Assembly (NCBI RefSeq): GCF_963921235.1
Contig: NC_086101.1
Location: 620,001-684,000, forward strand
Length of the DNA stretch: 64,000 nucleotides
Direction of reading: 5' to 3'
Origin: Mobula hypostoma
Taxonomy: Eukaryota
Position numbers and translations under genes: made by a program. Positions within the stretch are counted from its first letter, which is position 1. Each line of letters starts with the position of its first letter. The notes under the pieces are model-generated. The model saw only the letters and a list, made by a program, of their open reading frames with translations, was not told where the DNA came from and did no database searches. Shown piece after piece: positions 62,381 through 64,000 of the stretch.

Positions 62381-64000
62381 ATGCCATTCACCTGCTCAGA
62401 CTGTGGGAAGGGATTCACTCACTCATCCAAACTACTGACACACCAGCGAGTTCACACTGGGGAGAGGCCATTCACCTGCTCAGACTGTGGGAAAGGATTC
62501 ACTCAGTCAAATCACCTGCTACAACATCAGGTAATTCACACTGGGGAGTGGCCGTTCACCTGCTCAGACTGTGGGAAGGGATTCACTCAGCGTTCTCAGC
62601 TCCTGACACACCAGCGACTTCACACTGGGGAGAGACCATTCAACTGCTCAGACTGTGGAAAGGGATTCACTCGCTCGTCCGACCTACAGAGACACCTGCG
62701 AGTTCACACTGGGGAGAAGCCATTCACTTGCTCTGAATGTGGGAAGGTATTTGCTCGGTTATCTGAACTGAAGTTACATCAGCGAGTTCACACTGGGGAG
62801 AAGCCGTTCACTTGCTCTGAATGTGGGAAGGGATTTGCTCGGTCGTTTGAACTTAAGTTACATCAGCGAGTTCACACTGGGGAGAAGCCGTTCACTTGCT
62901 CTGAATGTGGGAAGCTATTTGCTCGGACATCTGAACTGAAGTTACATCAGCGAGTTCACACTGGGGAGAGGCCGTTCACCTGCTCTGAATGTGGGAAGGG
63001 ATTCACTCAATCGTCCAACCTACAGAGACACCAGCGAGTTCACACTGGTGAGAAGCCGTTCAGTTGCTCTGAATGTGGGAAAGGATTCACCCAGCCATCT
63101 GAACTGAAGTTACATCAGCGAGTTCACACTGGGGAGAAGCCGTTCACTTGCTCTGACTGTGGGAAGGGATTCACTGTGTCATCTCGACTGAAGTTACATC
63201 AGCGAGTTCACACTGGGGAGAAGCCATTCACCTGCTCTGAATGTGGGAAGGGATTCACTCAGTTGTCCAACCTACAGAGTCACCAGCGAGTTCACACTGG
63301 GGAGAAGCCGTTCACTTGCTCTGAATGTGGGAAAGGATTCACTCATTCATCTCAACTGAAGGAGCATCAGCGAGTCCACACTGGGGAGAAGCCGTTCACT
63401 TGCTCTGAATGTGGGAAGGTATTTTCTCGGTCATCTGAACTGAAGCTACATCAGCGAGTCCACACTGGGGAGAAGCCGTTCACTTGCTCTGAATGTGGGA
63501 AGGTATTTTCTCGGTCATCTGAACTGAAGGTACATCAGCGAGTCCACACTGGGGAGAAGCCGTTCGCTTGCTCTGAATGTGGAAAAGGATTCACTCACTC
63601 TTCCAACCTACACAGACACCAGCGAGTCCACACTGGGGAGAAGCCAATCACTTGCTCTGAATGTGGGAAGGTATTTTCTCGGTCATCTGAACTGAAGTTA
63701 CATCAGCGAGTTCACACTGGGGATAAGCCATTCACATGCTCAGAATGTGGGAAAGGATTCACTCAGTCAGCTAAGCTGAAGGAGCATCAGCGAGTTCACA
63801 CTGGGGAGAAGCCGTTCACCTGCTCTGAATGTGGGAAGGGATTCACTCGGTCATCTGAACTGAAGTTACATCAGCGAGTTCACACTGGGGAGAAGCCATT
63901 TACCTGTTCAGACTGTGGGAAGGGTTTCACTCACTCGTCCAACCTACAGAGACACCAGCGAGTTCACACTGGGGAGAAGCCATTCACCTGCTCAGACTGT
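62381..64000 (+). CDS. C2H2 zinc-finger array protein (ZNF-C), at least 19 fingers, 3'-partial; absent from the ORF track because no stop falls inside the window
   Basis: ATG at 62381, then 540 open codons with an exact 84-bp period (CSECGKGF...[11 protein letters not shown]). Candidate acceptor ttttttacAG ending at 61715. Confidence 0.9.
   Translation, partial: MPFTCSDCGKGFTHSSKLLTHQRVHTGERPFTCSDCGKGFTQSNHLLQHQVIHTGEWPFTCSDCGKGFTQRSQLLTHQRLHTGERPFNCSDCGKGFTRSSDLQRHLRVHTGEKPFTCSECGKVFARLSELKLHQRVHTGEKPFTCSECGKGFARSFELKLHQRVHTGEKPFTCSECGKLFARTSELKLHQRVHTGERPFTCSECGKGFTQSSNLQRHQRVHTGEKPFSCSECGKGFTQPSELKLHQRVHTGEKPFTCSDCGKGFTVSSRLKLHQRVHTGEKPFTCSECGKGFTQLSNLQSHQRVHTGEKPFTCSECGKGFTHSSQLKEHQRVHTGEKPFTCSECGKVFSRSSELKLHQRVHTGEKPFTCSECGKVFSRSSELKVHQRVHTGEKPFACSECGKGFTHSSNLHRHQRVHTGEKPITCSECGKVFSRSSELKLHQRVHTGDKPFTCSECGKGFTQSAKLKEHQRVHTGEKPFTCSECGKGFTRSSELKLHQRVHTGEKPFTCSDCGKGFTHSSNLQRHQRVHTGEKPFTCSDC

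Noticed and set aside
62353..62736. ORF-track protein with repeated '[17 protein letters not shown]' (also 1409-1642, 1753-1947, 13597-13926)
   Set aside because: Shadow frames of the zinc-finger arrays; the true frame starts at 62381.

Overview
Eukaryotic, repeat-saturated vertebrate DNA. The repeat complement (several CR1 subfamilies, Rex1/Babar, Penelope-like elements, Gypsy LTRs, a CORE-SINE, a hAT element) and the gene types suggest a cartilaginous fish, probably a ray or shark; this is inference only. Host genes: (1) two paralogous, divergently oriented C2H2 zinc-finger genes at the window ends, with 11 fingers at 936-1886 (-) and 19 or more fingers from 62381 (+) running off the end. 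They share NRF1-type promoters, exon-1 donors and last-exon acceptors, and no effector domain is visible. (2) A third, dead ZNF array split by a CR1 that itself hosts two solo LTRs. (3) An intact B30.2/PRY-SPRY exon (22324-22916) that can be spliced in frame to three small upstream exons, giving a stand-alone B30.2 protein without RING/B-box. Most of the remainder is nested TE debris. Non-coding highlights are the minimal hammerhead-ribozyme motifs in Penelope terminal repeats (intact at 28042-28077), an internally deleted Gypsy with both LTRs, a tRNA-Pro PBS and a PPT, a 1.9-kb local duplication, a ~400-bp diverged satellite and two short templated insertions. All calls were made by eye; TE boundaries without a TSD are approximate.
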